The notes under the pieces were generated by a model, which was not told the origin of the DNA, searched no databases, and was given only the letters and a program-made list of their open reading frames with translations. 64,000 nucleotides of DNA, taken from the NCBI RefSeq assembly GCF_019635515.1, contig NZ_JAHBZI010000002.1, positions 39,664 to 103,663 on the forward strand, written 5' to 3'. The translations under genes were made by a program, and so were the position numbers. This stretch comes from Sphingomonas sp. Its GTDB lineage: Bacteria; Pseudomonadota; Alphaproteobacteria; Sphingomonadales; Sphingomonadaceae. Within the stretch, counting starts at the first letter, position 1; every line of letters starts with the position of its first letter. Positions 31,548 through 42,407 of this stretch are shown piece by piece.

Positions 31548-32063
31548 TTAGCGTTGCGACCAGGCGTCGATCGCGGCCCAGCCATAAGTCCCGAGCTGCC
31601 TGAGCCCGCGGGCTCTGCGCGCGTCCATGCCCCCCAGCGCGATCACCGGCACATCGAGACCGCGAATCATCAGCCCAAGCCTGACCCTGCCGAGCGTGCG
31701 CGCGCCGGGATGCGACCGCGTCGCGAAGACCGGCGAGACGAACAGCAATTGCGCACCGGCGCGAATCGCGGCGATCGCTTCACGCCGCGAATGCGCCGCC
31801 GCAGTGAAGGTGGCGATCCGCTGATTGTGCCCGCCTCCGGGGCCGGCGCGGACCACAAGCAACCGGCGGCGGCGTGCGATATGCGCTACCTTCGAGAAGA
31901 TACGGCGCCGCGCTTCCGGCGCGGTTGCGTGGTGCCGGAAAATCACCCCTGCGCCGACGGGCAGTCGCTCCAGTGCATCCCATAGCGCATCGCCCATCCG
32001 CTCATCGGTCATCAGCCAGAGCCTGGGGAGCGCGAGAGACAAGTTGGGGTGGCGGCGCGGCAT
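31548..32063 (-). CDS. Thiamine phosphate synthase-like (TenI/ThiE family) protein
   Basis: LWLMTDER, AAHSRRE, SPVFATRSHP and VIALGGM. Confidence 0.8.
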   Translation of the reverse strand: MPRRHPNLSLALPRLWLMTDERMGDALWDALERLPVGAGVIFRHHATAPEARRRIFSKVAHIARRRRLLVVRAGPGGGHNQRIATFTAAAHSRREAIAAIRAGAQLLFVSPVFATRSHPGARTLGRVRLGLMIRGLDVPVIALGGMDARRARGLRQLGTYGWAAIDAWSQR

Positions 32064-32085
32064 CGCCGTGCCTATAGCGCGCGCC

Positions 32086-32751
32086 ATGCCCTTAGACGAC
32101 GCCCAAGCGCGCCTCGCCCAGGTTCAGGACCGCATTGCCCGCGCCGCGCGCCTCGCCGGTCGCAAGCCGGAGGCGGTGACGCTGATCGCGATTTCCAAGA
32201 CCCACGACGCCGCTGCGATTCGCCCGTTGATAGCGGCCGGCCAGCGCGTTTTCGGCGAGAACCGGGTTCAGGAGGCGCAGGGCAAATGGCCAGCGCTCCT
32301 TGCCGAGACGCCGGGCATCCGGCTCCATCTCGTTGGCCAGCTCCAGTCGAACAAGGCCGAAGACGCGGTGGCGCTGTTCGACGCGATCCATTCGGTCGAT
32401 CGCCCCTCCCTGGTGACCGCGCTGGCGGCGGCGATGGACAAGGTCGGCAAGCGCCCGGCCTGCTTCCTCCAGGTCAATATCGGCGCCGAGGAGCAGAAGG
32501 GGGGGGGCGCGATCGACGCGCTCCCGGACTTGCTGACGCAGGCGCGCATTACGGGTCTGCCGGTGGCGGGGCTGATGTGCGTACCGCCGCTCAATGTCGA
32601 TGCCGCCCCCTATTTCGCGTTGCTCGCCAAGATCGCCCGCGATCACGGCGTGGATGGGCTCAGCATGGGGATGTCTGGAGATTACGAGGCGGCGGCGATG
32701 ATCGGCGCCACCCATGTCCGCGTCGGCACCGCTTTGTTCGGCGCTCGCTAG
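32086..32751 (+). CDS. yggS: PLP homeostasis protein YggS
   Basis: LIAISKT, FGENRVQE, HLVGQLQSNK, LSMGMSGD and VRVGTALFG. Confidence 0.95.
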   Translation: MPLDDAQARLAQVQDRIARAARLAGRKPEAVTLIAISKTHDAAAIRPLIAAGQRVFGENRVQEAQGKWPALLAETPGIRLHLVGQLQSNKAEDAVALFDAIHSVDRPSLVTALAAAMDKVGKRPACFLQVNIGAEEQKGGGAIDALPDLLTQARITGLPVAGLMCVPPLNVDAAPYFALLAKIARDHGVDGLSMGMSGDYEAAAMIGATHVRVGTALFGAR

Positions 32752-33414
32752 ATGAAGTTCGACGCGATTTTGTTCGATTTCGATGGGGTGCTGATCGAGA
32801 GCGAATATGCCGGCAACAAGCATATCGCCGATTTCCTCACTGCGGCGGGCCACCCGACCAGCCCCGAGCAATCGATGGCCAATTTCATGGGCTATTCGGG
32901 CGCCGAATTCCGCCGCCGGCTCCGGGAATGGATCGGCGGCGAATTGCCCGAGCATTGGGATCGCGAGCGCCTCGCCGAAGACGATCGCGCCATGGCCGAG
33001 GGCATCGCCGAAGTCGCCGGCGCAACCGCCTTCGTCCGCGGCCTGCCCGCCGATTTGCCCAAGGCGGTGGTCTCGTCGAGCTCGACTCGCTGGCTCCATC
33101 GGCATCTTGCGCACCTCGGCCTGACGGATGTGTTCGGCAGCCATGTTTACTCCGGGGCCGAGCATGTCGAGCATGGCAAACCCGCCCCCGATCTCTATCT
33201 CTTCGCCGCTGCGCAACTCGGCGTGCCGATCTCCGCTTGCGCTGTCCTCGAGGATTCGCCGGTAGGCGCGGAGGGCGCCGTCGCCTCGGGCGCAACGGTC
33301 ATCGGCCTGTGCGCCGGTAGCCATTGCGCGCCCGGCCACGCCGATCGGCTGCGCGCCCTCGGCGTCCAGCATATCGCCCATGATTTCGATGCCGTCGCCC
33401 GGCTGATCTCCTAG
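32752..33414 (+). CDS. HAD family phosphatase
   Basis: FDFDGVLIESE, SSS, GKPAPD and EDSPVG. Confidence 0.9.
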   Translation: MKFDAILFDFDGVLIESEYAGNKHIADFLTAAGHPTSPEQSMANFMGYSGAEFRRRLREWIGGELPEHWDRERLAEDDRAMAEGIAEVAGATAFVRGLPADLPKAVVSSSSTRWLHRHLAHLGLTDVFGSHVYSGAEHVEHGKPAPDLYLFAAAQLGVPISACAVLEDSPVGAEGAVASGATVIGLCAGSHCAPGHADRLRALGVQHIAHDFDAVARLIS

Positions 33415-34457
33415 AGTTGGTGCCCGGTCCGGTCGCGCTTGGTGGCGAGATAGCGCTCGTTATGCGGATTTGGCGGCAGCTGATGCGCCACCCGCTCGAT
33501 CACCGTCACCCCCGCCGCTTCCAGCGCCGCGACCTTGTCCGGATTGTTGGTCAGCAGCCGCACCGCGCGTTGCCCCAGCAGCCGCAGCATCCGCGCCGCG
33601 ACCGCGAAGTTGCGTGCATCGACCGCGAACCCCAAGCGGGTATTGGCATCGACCGTGTCGAACCCCTGGTCCTGGAGCGCATAGGCACGCAGCTTGTTAA
33701 TCAGCCCGATCCCGCGCCCCTCTTGGCGCAGATACAGCAAAATACCCCAGCCCGATGCTTGGATCTCGCGAATCGCGGCATGGAGCTGCGGCCCGCAGTC
33801 GCATTTGAGACTGCCGAGCACGTCGCCGGTCAGGCACTCGCTATGCAGGCGCACCAAAGGCGGCTGGCCATTGGGCGCACCGATCAGCAGCGCCACATGC
33901 TCGCCCGGCATCTCGTCGGTGCGGAACGCGACGATCTCCGCATCCTCGGCGCCGGCTACCGGCAGGTGCGCGCGGGCGACGATCCGCAGTCGCTCGGCGT
34001 CCTCATGCGCGTCGATATCGGCGGGTGTGATTCGCTCTTCGTCACCAGCCGGTCGGACAAAGAATGCCGGAAGCAATCCGGCGACACGCGCCAGCCGCAA
34101 CGCCCCCTTGGCGGCGTCCGGCGCATCGATCGCGATGGCACGAAACGGCCCCTTGAGCGGCGTCGCCAGATCGAGTTGCGGATCCGCCAGCGCCGTCGCG
34201 GTGTCGAAGTCGAGCCAGGGCACTCGTCCGATCAGTACCGGAGCATCGGGCACCGCCGCTTCGAGTTGGTTGGCAAGCTTGAGCGTCGCGGCGCGCCCTG
34301 CGGAGATTAGCAAACCTGCCTGGCCCGCAGGATCGAAGCTCCGCAACCGCCCGGCATCGGCGGTCTCGACCGCGAGCAGCGCCAGTTCGCCGATCGCAAC
34401 CGGCCAGCCGCGCCGCAATGCGTCGATCGCGCGAGCCACGGCGCGCGCGTCGCTCAA
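33411..34457 (-). CDS. ribA: GTP cyclohydrolase II with N-terminal extension
   Basis: VRLHSECLTGD..GS.KCDCG, QEGRGIGL and LLTNNPDK. TTG start overlaps the xth stop. Confidence 0.9.
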   Translation of the reverse strand: MSDARAVARAIDALRRGWPVAIGELALLAVETADAGRLRSFDPAGQAGLLISAGRAATLKLANQLEAAVPDAPVLIGRVPWLDFDTATALADPQLDLATPLKGPFRAIAIDAPDAAKGALRLARVAGLLPAFFVRPAGDEERITPADIDAHEDAERLRIVARAHLPVAGAEDAEIVAFRTDEMPGEHVALLIGAPNGQPPLVRLHSECLTGDVLGSLKCDCGPQLHAAIREIQASGWGILLYLRQEGRGIGLINKLRAYALQDQGFDTVDANTRLGFAVDARNFAVAARMLRLLGQRAVRLLTNNPDKVAALEAAGVTVIERVAHQLPPNPHNERYLATKRDRTGHQL

Positions 34458-35236
34458 AAGGCGAACTCGGTGATGAGCGGCACATGGTCCGATGGCTTGA
34501 GCCACGAGCGGCACGGCTCGCATACCTTGTGGCTGACCGCCTTGTCGGCGACTTCGCGGCTCGCCCACATATGATCGAGCCGCCGCCCGCGATCGCTCGC
34601 CAGCCAGTCCCTGGCGCGGTAGCTCCACCACGTCCAGTTGCGCTCCGGCGCCGGGATGAAATGCCGCCCGATATCGATCCAGTCATGCGCGGCCATCAGC
34701 CGCCCAAGCGCCTCGACCTCGATCGGGGTATGGCTGACCACATCGAGCAATTGCTTGTGGCTCCAGACGTCGCTTTCCAGCGGGGCGATGTTGAAATCGC
34801 CGGTCAGGATCGTCGGAACCGTGAGTTCCCTGGCCCATTCGGTCATCCGCTCGACGAAATCGAGCTTCTGCCCGAATTTCGGATTCACTTCGCGATCGGG
34901 CACATCGCCGCCCGCCGGCACATAGACATTCTCGAGCCGCACCCCGTTGGGCAAGCGGACCCCGACATGCCGGGCTTCCTGATTGGCCTGCCAATCGAAG
35001 CGGTCATCCTCGACCACCGGCACACGCGACAGGATCGCGACGCCGTGATGCATCTTCTGGCCATGCTTGATGACATGATCATAGCCAAGCGCGCGGAACG
35101 GCTTCTCCGGAAAGTCGCCGTCAATCACCTTGGTTTCCTGCAGGCACAGAATGTCGGGCGATTCCTCGCGAAGGAATTTCTCGACGATCTCGATCCGAAA
35201 ACGGACCGAATTGATGTTCCACGAAGCGATCTTCAT
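34454..35236 (-). CDS. xth: Exodeoxyribonuclease III
   Basis: SWNINSVR, LQETK, GDFNIAP, WSYR, RLDH and SDH. Confidence 0.93.
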   Translation of the reverse strand: MKIASWNINSVRFRIEIVEKFLREESPDILCLQETKVIDGDFPEKPFRALGYDHVIKHGQKMHHGVAILSRVPVVEDDRFDWQANQEARHVGVRLPNGVRLENVYVPAGGDVPDREVNPKFGQKLDFVERMTEWARELTVPTILTGDFNIAPLESDVWSHKQLLDVVSHTPIEVEALGRLMAAHDWIDIGRHFIPAPERNWTWWSYRARDWLASDRGRRLDHMWASREVADKAVSHKVCEPCRSWLKPSDHVPLITEFAF

Positions 35237-35267
35237 CGCGAGCGATGTAAGGCGGTATCGCAGATAC

Positions 35268-35388
35268 GGAAAGGCCCCCGCTCCGGGGGCAATGGAGCGG
35301 GGGCCGACCTAGCGTTCGTCACGCAGGCAGGATGTTGAGTTCGCCCGGGCAACAGGGGGAAAATCCCGGTTCAAGCCCCACATCCGCG
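35268..35388 (-). ncRNA. Candidate small RNA with C-rich loop and intrinsic terminator
   Basis: Nested stem GGAUGU/ACAUCC plus CCGGG/CCCGG with apical UUUUCCCCCU, a small hairpin, then the terminator. Boundaries are approximate. Confidence 0.5.
35270..35305 (-). terminator. Intrinsic terminator between lolA/sRNA and xth
   Basis: Perfect 12-bp stem GGCCCCCGCTCC/GGAGCGGGGGCC (35273-35305) followed by UUU on the minus strand. Confidence 0.7.
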
Positions 35389-35459
35389 CGGTTTTTCTAG
35401 GACCGCGAACCTGTCGCCAACATGAACGGCATTAAGAATCGCTCGCAGTTCGTCGCAGA

Positions 35460-36071
35460 TCAGCGCGCTCTCGGCCCCTTGGGCCGCGGATCGTTCCAGC
35501 GGAACTGACTATCGGGCACGGCGGCGTTGAAGCGCTGGTTCGACAGGCGGATAGTGGTGCGGTTGCTCTGCGCGTCGAGCGCTACCCAACCCTGGAGCAT
35601 CAATCCCGAGGGCGCCGCGGCGTTTTTCTGGAAGATCATCGTGATCCGGCCATATTCGGGATGCGCGCTATCGTGGACCTCGATCGAGACGACTCGGGGA
35701 TCGCCGGTCGGCTTCAATTTGGCGAATTTGGTGATGTCGCGCTTGGGATTGAGCAGCACCGCCAGCGGCGAATTGCCGATCGGCCAGCGATCGACCTGCT
35801 TGACCTGATAATCGATGAAATAGAGGCTGGAGCCGTCCGCCACGATCAGCTGCGGCACGCCCTTCTGATACTGGAAACGAATCTTGCCCGGGCGCTTCAG
35901 CGTCATCGTGCCGGTCAGCGTGCGGCCGTTGCGGTCGGTCTGGGCGAAATCGGCGGTCATGCTGGAGACACCCTGCAGGTGCTGCTGGACCTGGGCCATT
36001 TCGGGTTCGGCGGCCGAGATCAGCACCGGGGCGGCAATAGCGAGGCTGAAGGCGAGGGGTCGTGCAAACAC
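35460..36071 (-). CDS. lolA: Outer-membrane lipoprotein carrier protein LolA
   Basis: ADFAQ, LKRPGKIRF.Y, IVADG and SPL..LL; directly downstream of ftsK as is typical. Confidence 0.85.
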   Translation of the reverse strand: MFARPLAFSLAIAAPVLISAAEPEMAQVQQHLQGVSSMTADFAQTDRNGRTLTGTMTLKRPGKIRFQYQKGVPQLIVADGSSLYFIDYQVKQVDRWPIGNSPLAVLLNPKRDITKFAKLKPTGDPRVVSIEVHDSAHPEYGRITMIFQKNAAAPSGLMLQGWVALDAQSNRTTIRLSNQRFNAAVPDSQFRWNDPRPKGPRAR

Positions 36072-36156
36072 GCAAAATCTCCAAATGCTCTTGGGGAGAG
36101 CCGCTAGGCGCGGCGGCTTGAATGCCCCCTGAACCCCCGGGGCGGCTGATTCGATC

Positions 36157-38460
<2,304 letters not shown>

Positions 38461-38605
38461 CCGCCCAGCCTCCAGTTTTTCAGGGGTGCGGCCGATTCAT
38501 CGCGCCTGACGAGTCCGGCGTCAAGATGGTCCTGTTTTGTACCGGCTTCACAACTGTCACCCCGGACTCGTTTTGGTGCTTACCCCTTTGTGCCAATTAT
38601 CTGCT

Positions 38606-38684
38606 GTTCCCCTGCGAAAGCAGGGGTCCAGAGTTACAAGCGATGCCGCTCGGGGCTCCTGGGCTCCTGCTTTCGCAGGAGCAC
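38606..38684. repeat. REP-like inverted pair (miniature palindromic element)
   Basis: GTTCCCCTGCGAAAGCAGGGGTCCAG (38606-38631) and its near-inverse CTGGGCTCCTGCTTTCGCAGGAGCAC (38659-38684). Each arm is a GAAA/TTTC-loop hairpin. Confidence 0.7.
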
Positions 38685-38824
38685 GCGTTCACGCGCGTCT
38701 GATGGAGGAGCTTGAGCCGCTTGCTGCCTGTCAGGCCGAGAGTTGGGCACCGGACAAGTCCGGGGTGACAATGGCAGTGAGCGCAAGGCTGGCACCCCCC
38801 GACATCTATGCTAGTGCCGATTCC

Positions 38825-40054
38825 ATGGCCAAGGCAGCAACACGCGCGGACATTCTCATCCTCGGCGGCGGGCTGGTCGGCAGCGCGCTGGCGGTTGCGC
38901 TCGATGCGCACGGCCTGACCTCGATCGTCATCGACCCCGCCGATGCCGCGACGATCACCGCCGCGAGCTTCGACGGCCGCGCTTCGGCGATCGCGTCGGC
39001 GCCGATGCGGATGTTCGAGGCGACGGGCGTGGCGGACCGGCTGGCGGGCAAGGGCTGCCCGATCGACGGCATCCGCGTCAGCGACGGCCTCGCCCCCGGC
39101 AAGCTCGATTTCGCGCCCGATGAGGGTGATGGCCCGCTTGGGACGATGTTCGAGAATCGCCAGTTGCGCACCGCCTTGCTCGCGGCGGCGATGGCGGCGC
39201 CGGGCGTCGATCTGCGGATGCGGACCCGGGCGGTCTCGGTCGATCGCGGCGCCCTTGGCGTGACCGCGGTGCTCGATTCGGGCGCGACGGTGACGGCGCC
39301 GTTGCTGGTCGCCGCTGAAGGGCGCAATTCGCCGACGCGCGAGGCGGCGGGGCTGAAGACCGCGCGCTGGAGCTATGATCACGCGGCGATGGTGGCGACG
39401 CTCGGGCATGAGCGTTCTCATGAGAATATCGCCTTCGAGATCTTCTACCCCCAGGGCCCGTTCGCGATTCTTCCCCTGCTCGACGACGAGAACGGCCATC
39501 GCTCGGCGGTGGTGTGGACGGTCAAGGCCAGCGACGCCGCGGGGATGATGAAAATCTCCGACCGCGCCTATCTCGCCGAAGCCGAGAAGCGCATGGGCGG
39601 GTTTCTCGGCAAGCTCGGGCCGCTGACCCGGCGTTTCAGCCACCCGCTCGGCTTCCATCATGCTGCCTGGATCACCGATCACCGGCTGGCCCTGGTCGGC
39701 GACGCCGCGCACGGCATCCATCCGATCGCCGGGCAGGGCGTCAATGTCGGCTTCCGCGATGTCGCGACTCTGGTCGAAGTGCTGGTCGATGGCAAAAGGC
39801 TGGGGCTCGATCTCGGCGATCCGCAATTGCTGGCGCGCTATCAGCGCTGGCGCGGGCTCGACACCTTCATGGTCGCCGCCGCCACCGACGGGCTGACCCG
39901 GCTGTTCGGGATTCCCGGCAAGACGCCGGCGGCGATCCGCCGTTTCGGGCTTTCGGCGGTCGACAGGATGCCGCCCTTGAAACGCTGGTTCATGGGCGAG
40001 GCGCGCGGCGAATCGGGCGACGTGCCTAAACTGCTGCAGGGCGAGATGGTTTGA
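38825..40054 (+). CDS. UbiH/UbiL-type FAD-dependent ubiquinone biosynthesis hydroxylase (core copy)
   Basis: ILGGGLVG, DGRASAI, AAEGRNSPTR and GDAAHGIHPIAGQGVNVG.RD. The exact Ubi subfamily cannot be determined by eye. Confidence 0.85.
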   Translation: MAKAATRADILILGGGLVGSALAVALDAHGLTSIVIDPADAATITAASFDGRASAIASAPMRMFEATGVADRLAGKGCPIDGIRVSDGLAPGKLDFAPDEGDGPLGTMFENRQLRTALLAAAMAAPGVDLRMRTRAVSVDRGALGVTAVLDSGATVTAPLLVAAEGRNSPTREAAGLKTARWSYDHAAMVATLGHERSHENIAFEIFYPQGPFAILPLLDDENGHRSAVVWTVKASDAAGMMKISDRAYLAEAEKRMGGFLGKLGPLTRRFSHPLGFHHAAWITDHRLALVGDAAHGIHPIAGQGVNVGFRDVATLVEVLVDGKRLGLDLGDPQLLARYQRWRGLDTFMVAAATDGLTRLFGIPGKTPAAIRRFGLSAVDRMPPLKRWFMGEARGESGDVPKLLQGEMV

Positions 40055-40350
40055 CGCCGTCTCCCGGGTCTATGCTGGTTCTGGCGGCGATCATTCCCGG
40101 CGCTTTCGGTTTCATCGTCGAGGGTCTGGTCGCGCGTCGCATCGAGCGGGCGTACCCGGATATCGTCGCAGGTTTCGATCGCCGCCGCACGCCGACAGGT
40201 CGGCAGATTTCGCGATTCGTCTGGACGGGGGAGCATCGCCGGCTTGGCGATGGACGGCTCAGCCGGCTGATTTTATGGGTACGCGGCGCGAGGGCAGGCG
40301 CCGCCGTCCTGGCGCTTGCGGGAATATTGCTGATCTGGAGCGGGCGCTGA
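40051..40350 (+). CDS. Small hypothetical membrane protein
   Basis: Two hydrophobic segments; TTG start overlaps the upstream stop; fills the gap between genes. No family recognised. Confidence 0.5.
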   Translation: MTPSPGSMLVLAAIIPGAFGFIVEGLVARRIERAYPDIVAGFDRRRTPTGRQISRFVWTGEHRRLGDGRLSRLILWVRGARAGAAVLALAGILLIWSGR

Positions 40351-40959
40351 CTATTGCAGCGTCCCGTCTTCGTCGCCGTGGCGACCGTAGAATTGCATCA
40401 GCTGGACGATCAGCTCGGCGCGGTCGCTTAGCGAGTCGGCTTCGAGCAACGCCTGTTTCGATGCCGGATCGAACGGGGCGATCTGGGCGATGCCGTTGAC
40501 CAGCGATTCGTCGTCGAGCCGCGTCACCGATTCCCAATCGACGGCATAGCCGAGGCCATCGGCGAAGCGGCGCGACTCCATCTCGAGGCTGGCGCGGGCG
40601 ACCGAGGCGAGAATCTCGCTTTCGCCGACCGCTTCCAGCTCGGCCTCGACCTGGCGGAAGGGGGTGATGACGTCGAGTTCGCGGAGGATCGTGAAGCGGG
40701 CGAGCCCTTCGAGGACGATATCGAAGCGGCCGTCGTCGAGCGCCTCGACTTCGGCGATGCGGCCGACGCAGCCGATCTCGAACAGCCCGGGCGGCTCCTC
40801 GAGATCGCGCGGCTGGATCATGCCGATGCGGCGGTCACGGACCAGCGAATCGGAGATCATCGCGCGGTATCTGGGCTCGAAGATGTGGAGCGGCAGATGC
40901 ATCCGCGGGAACAGCAGCGCCCCGCTGAGCGGAAAGATCGAGAGCCGCGTGACGGTCAC
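40351..40959 (-). CDS. Lon protease N-terminal (substrate-binding) domain protein
   Basis: IFPLSGALLFP.MHLPLHIFEPRY..M and KQALLEA. Confidence 0.88.
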   Translation of the reverse strand: MTVTRLSIFPLSGALLFPRMHLPLHIFEPRYRAMISDSLVRDRRIGMIQPRDLEEPPGLFEIGCVGRIAEVEALDDGRFDIVLEGLARFTILRELDVITPFRQVEAELEAVGESEILASVARASLEMESRRFADGLGYAVDWESVTRLDDESLVNGIAQIAPFDPASKQALLEADSLSDRAELIVQLMQFYGRHGDEDGTLQ

Positions 40960-41861
40960 CCGAACAGGATCGCCGAGAGCTTGCGGCGTTGGGCCGAGAC
41001 CCAGGGATCCTCGAGGCCGGCGGCTTCGAACAATTTGAGCAGGCGGGCGCGAGCGGCGCCTTCATTCCATTCGCGGTCCTCGGCGATCATCGCCAGCAGC
41101 GTCGCGGCGGCGGCGTCGCGATCGCCCGTCGCCATCTGGCCGCCGGCGAGCTCGTAGCGCGCTTCCATATCGCCGGTCGCGGCCTGGGCGGCGAGGCCGG
41201 ACAGATCCTCGACCGGTGTGGCCTCCTGCGCGAGGCTGACCGCGGCGCGGGCGCGCTCGATTTCGGGCGACTTGCTGGCGTCGTCGGGCAGATCGGCGAG
41301 CGCCAGCTCGGCCTCGCCGGTGCGGCCCAGCGCCAGCAATGCCCGGGCGCGACCGGCGGTGATCGCGGGATGGCCGGGCGCCATTTCCGCGATCTGCTCG
41401 AACACAGACAAGGCGCGTTCGGCCTCGCCCTCGCCGAGCAATTGCTCGCCCATCGCGATCAGCGGCTCCAACTCGGCCTCCTGCGCGGCTTCCTCGCTCG
41501 GCACGGGCATCTGGCGGAGGATCTGATCGAGCATCGTCCGCAGCTGCGCTTCGGTGCGCGCGGTCGAAAGGTCGGCGACGAGCTGGCCCTGGAACATCGC
41601 ATAGACGGTGGGGATCGAGCGCACCTGGAACTGGGCGGCGATGAACTGATTCGCATCGACATCGATCTTGGCGAGCTTGACGCCCTTGGTCGCGTAATCC
41701 TCCGCGACCTTTTCGAGCACCGGGGCGAGCTGCTTGCAGGGGCCGCACCATTCGGCCCAGAAATCGAGGATCATCAGCGACGTCATCGAGGGTTCGACGA
41801 CGTCGCGGCGGAAGGCTTCGACAGCCTCCTTCTCTTGCGGGGTCATTCCAAGCGTGGCCAT
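40956..41861 (-). CDS. cnoX: Thioredoxin-TPR chaperedoxin (CnoX/YbbN)
   Basis: DFWAEWCGPCKQL, QVRSIPTV, TPR region and C-terminal RRKLS..LF. Confidence 0.88.
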   Translation of the reverse strand: MATLGMTPQEKEAVEAFRRDVVEPSMTSLMILDFWAEWCGPCKQLAPVLEKVAEDYATKGVKLAKIDVDANQFIAAQFQVRSIPTVYAMFQGQLVADLSTARTEAQLRTMLDQILRQMPVPSEEAAQEAELEPLIAMGEQLLGEGEAERALSVFEQIAEMAPGHPAITAGRARALLALGRTGEAELALADLPDDASKSPEIERARAAVSLAQEATPVEDLSGLAAQAATGDMEARYELAGGQMATGDRDAAAATLLAMIAEDREWNEGAARARLLKLFEAAGLEDPWVSAQRRKLSAILFG

Positions 41862-41893
41862 GATACGCTCCAACGGATGCGGGTTTGCGGCCT

Positions 41894-41922
41894 ATGTGGG
41901 CGCTCGGGCTGCGCCCGCCAAG
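41894..41922 (-). promoter_or_regulatory. RpoH-like promoter of cnoX
   Basis: Minus strand CTTG-N18-CCCACAT. cnoX/ybbN is a heat-shock gene in other proteobacteria. Confidence 0.5.
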
Positions 41923-42041
41923 CATTTTCGCCAAGCGCTTCGGGTGTGTCGCCAAGGGGGTTGCGCTGCACCATCGGCGCTGCTAGTGGCCGCGCCTCAC
42001 CCGCCCGGTTCGTGCTTGTAGCGACTGGGACAGACGCCAGA

Positions 42042-42116
<75 letters not shown>

Positions 42117-42180
42117 GCGACTTCCAGAACATCGGAAATCCGCCAAAAACCGTCTCCTCGACGGTCGGATTCGCGCGATT

Positions 42181-42283
42181 TCTACACAGAGCGTCTACAC
42201 AATGATGCCGGTGATCGTCCTGCAAAGCCCCCTAAATGCTCGAAAAAGGCGGGCGGTGACGTCTACACAAACCGTCTACACAA
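42181..42283 (+). repeat. Two pairs of TCTACACA direct repeats (putative integrase arm-type sites)
   Basis: TCTACACA at 42181, 42194, 42262 and 42275: 13-bp spacing within each pair and 81 bp between pairs. Three copies extend to GTCTACACAA. Confidence 0.7.
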
Positions 42284-42407
42284 TCGACGTCCGGGCATCG
42301 GTTTCCCTATCGTGGCCCCGCTAATGCAATTAACTTGCAATAGTAAATGATAGGGTGCCCGTGGGATTATGATCCAACACACCGGTTGCGTAGGCGTCAG
42401 GGCCGAA

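Noticed and set aside
35410-35452. EcfG (GGAAC-N16/17-CGTT) promoter for the candidate sRNA
   Set aside because: GAAC and CGTT are 19 bp apart and the first G is missing; spacing does not fit.
38494-38569. Three GANTC sites upstream of ftsK as GcrA/CcrM control
   Set aside because: Plausible, but three sites are weak evidence without methylome or TSS data.
42181-42283. Repeats as a possible mini-CRISPR
   Set aside because: Units are 8-10 bp with 3-5 bp gaps, far from CRISPR repeat/spacer sizes, and no cas genes are present.
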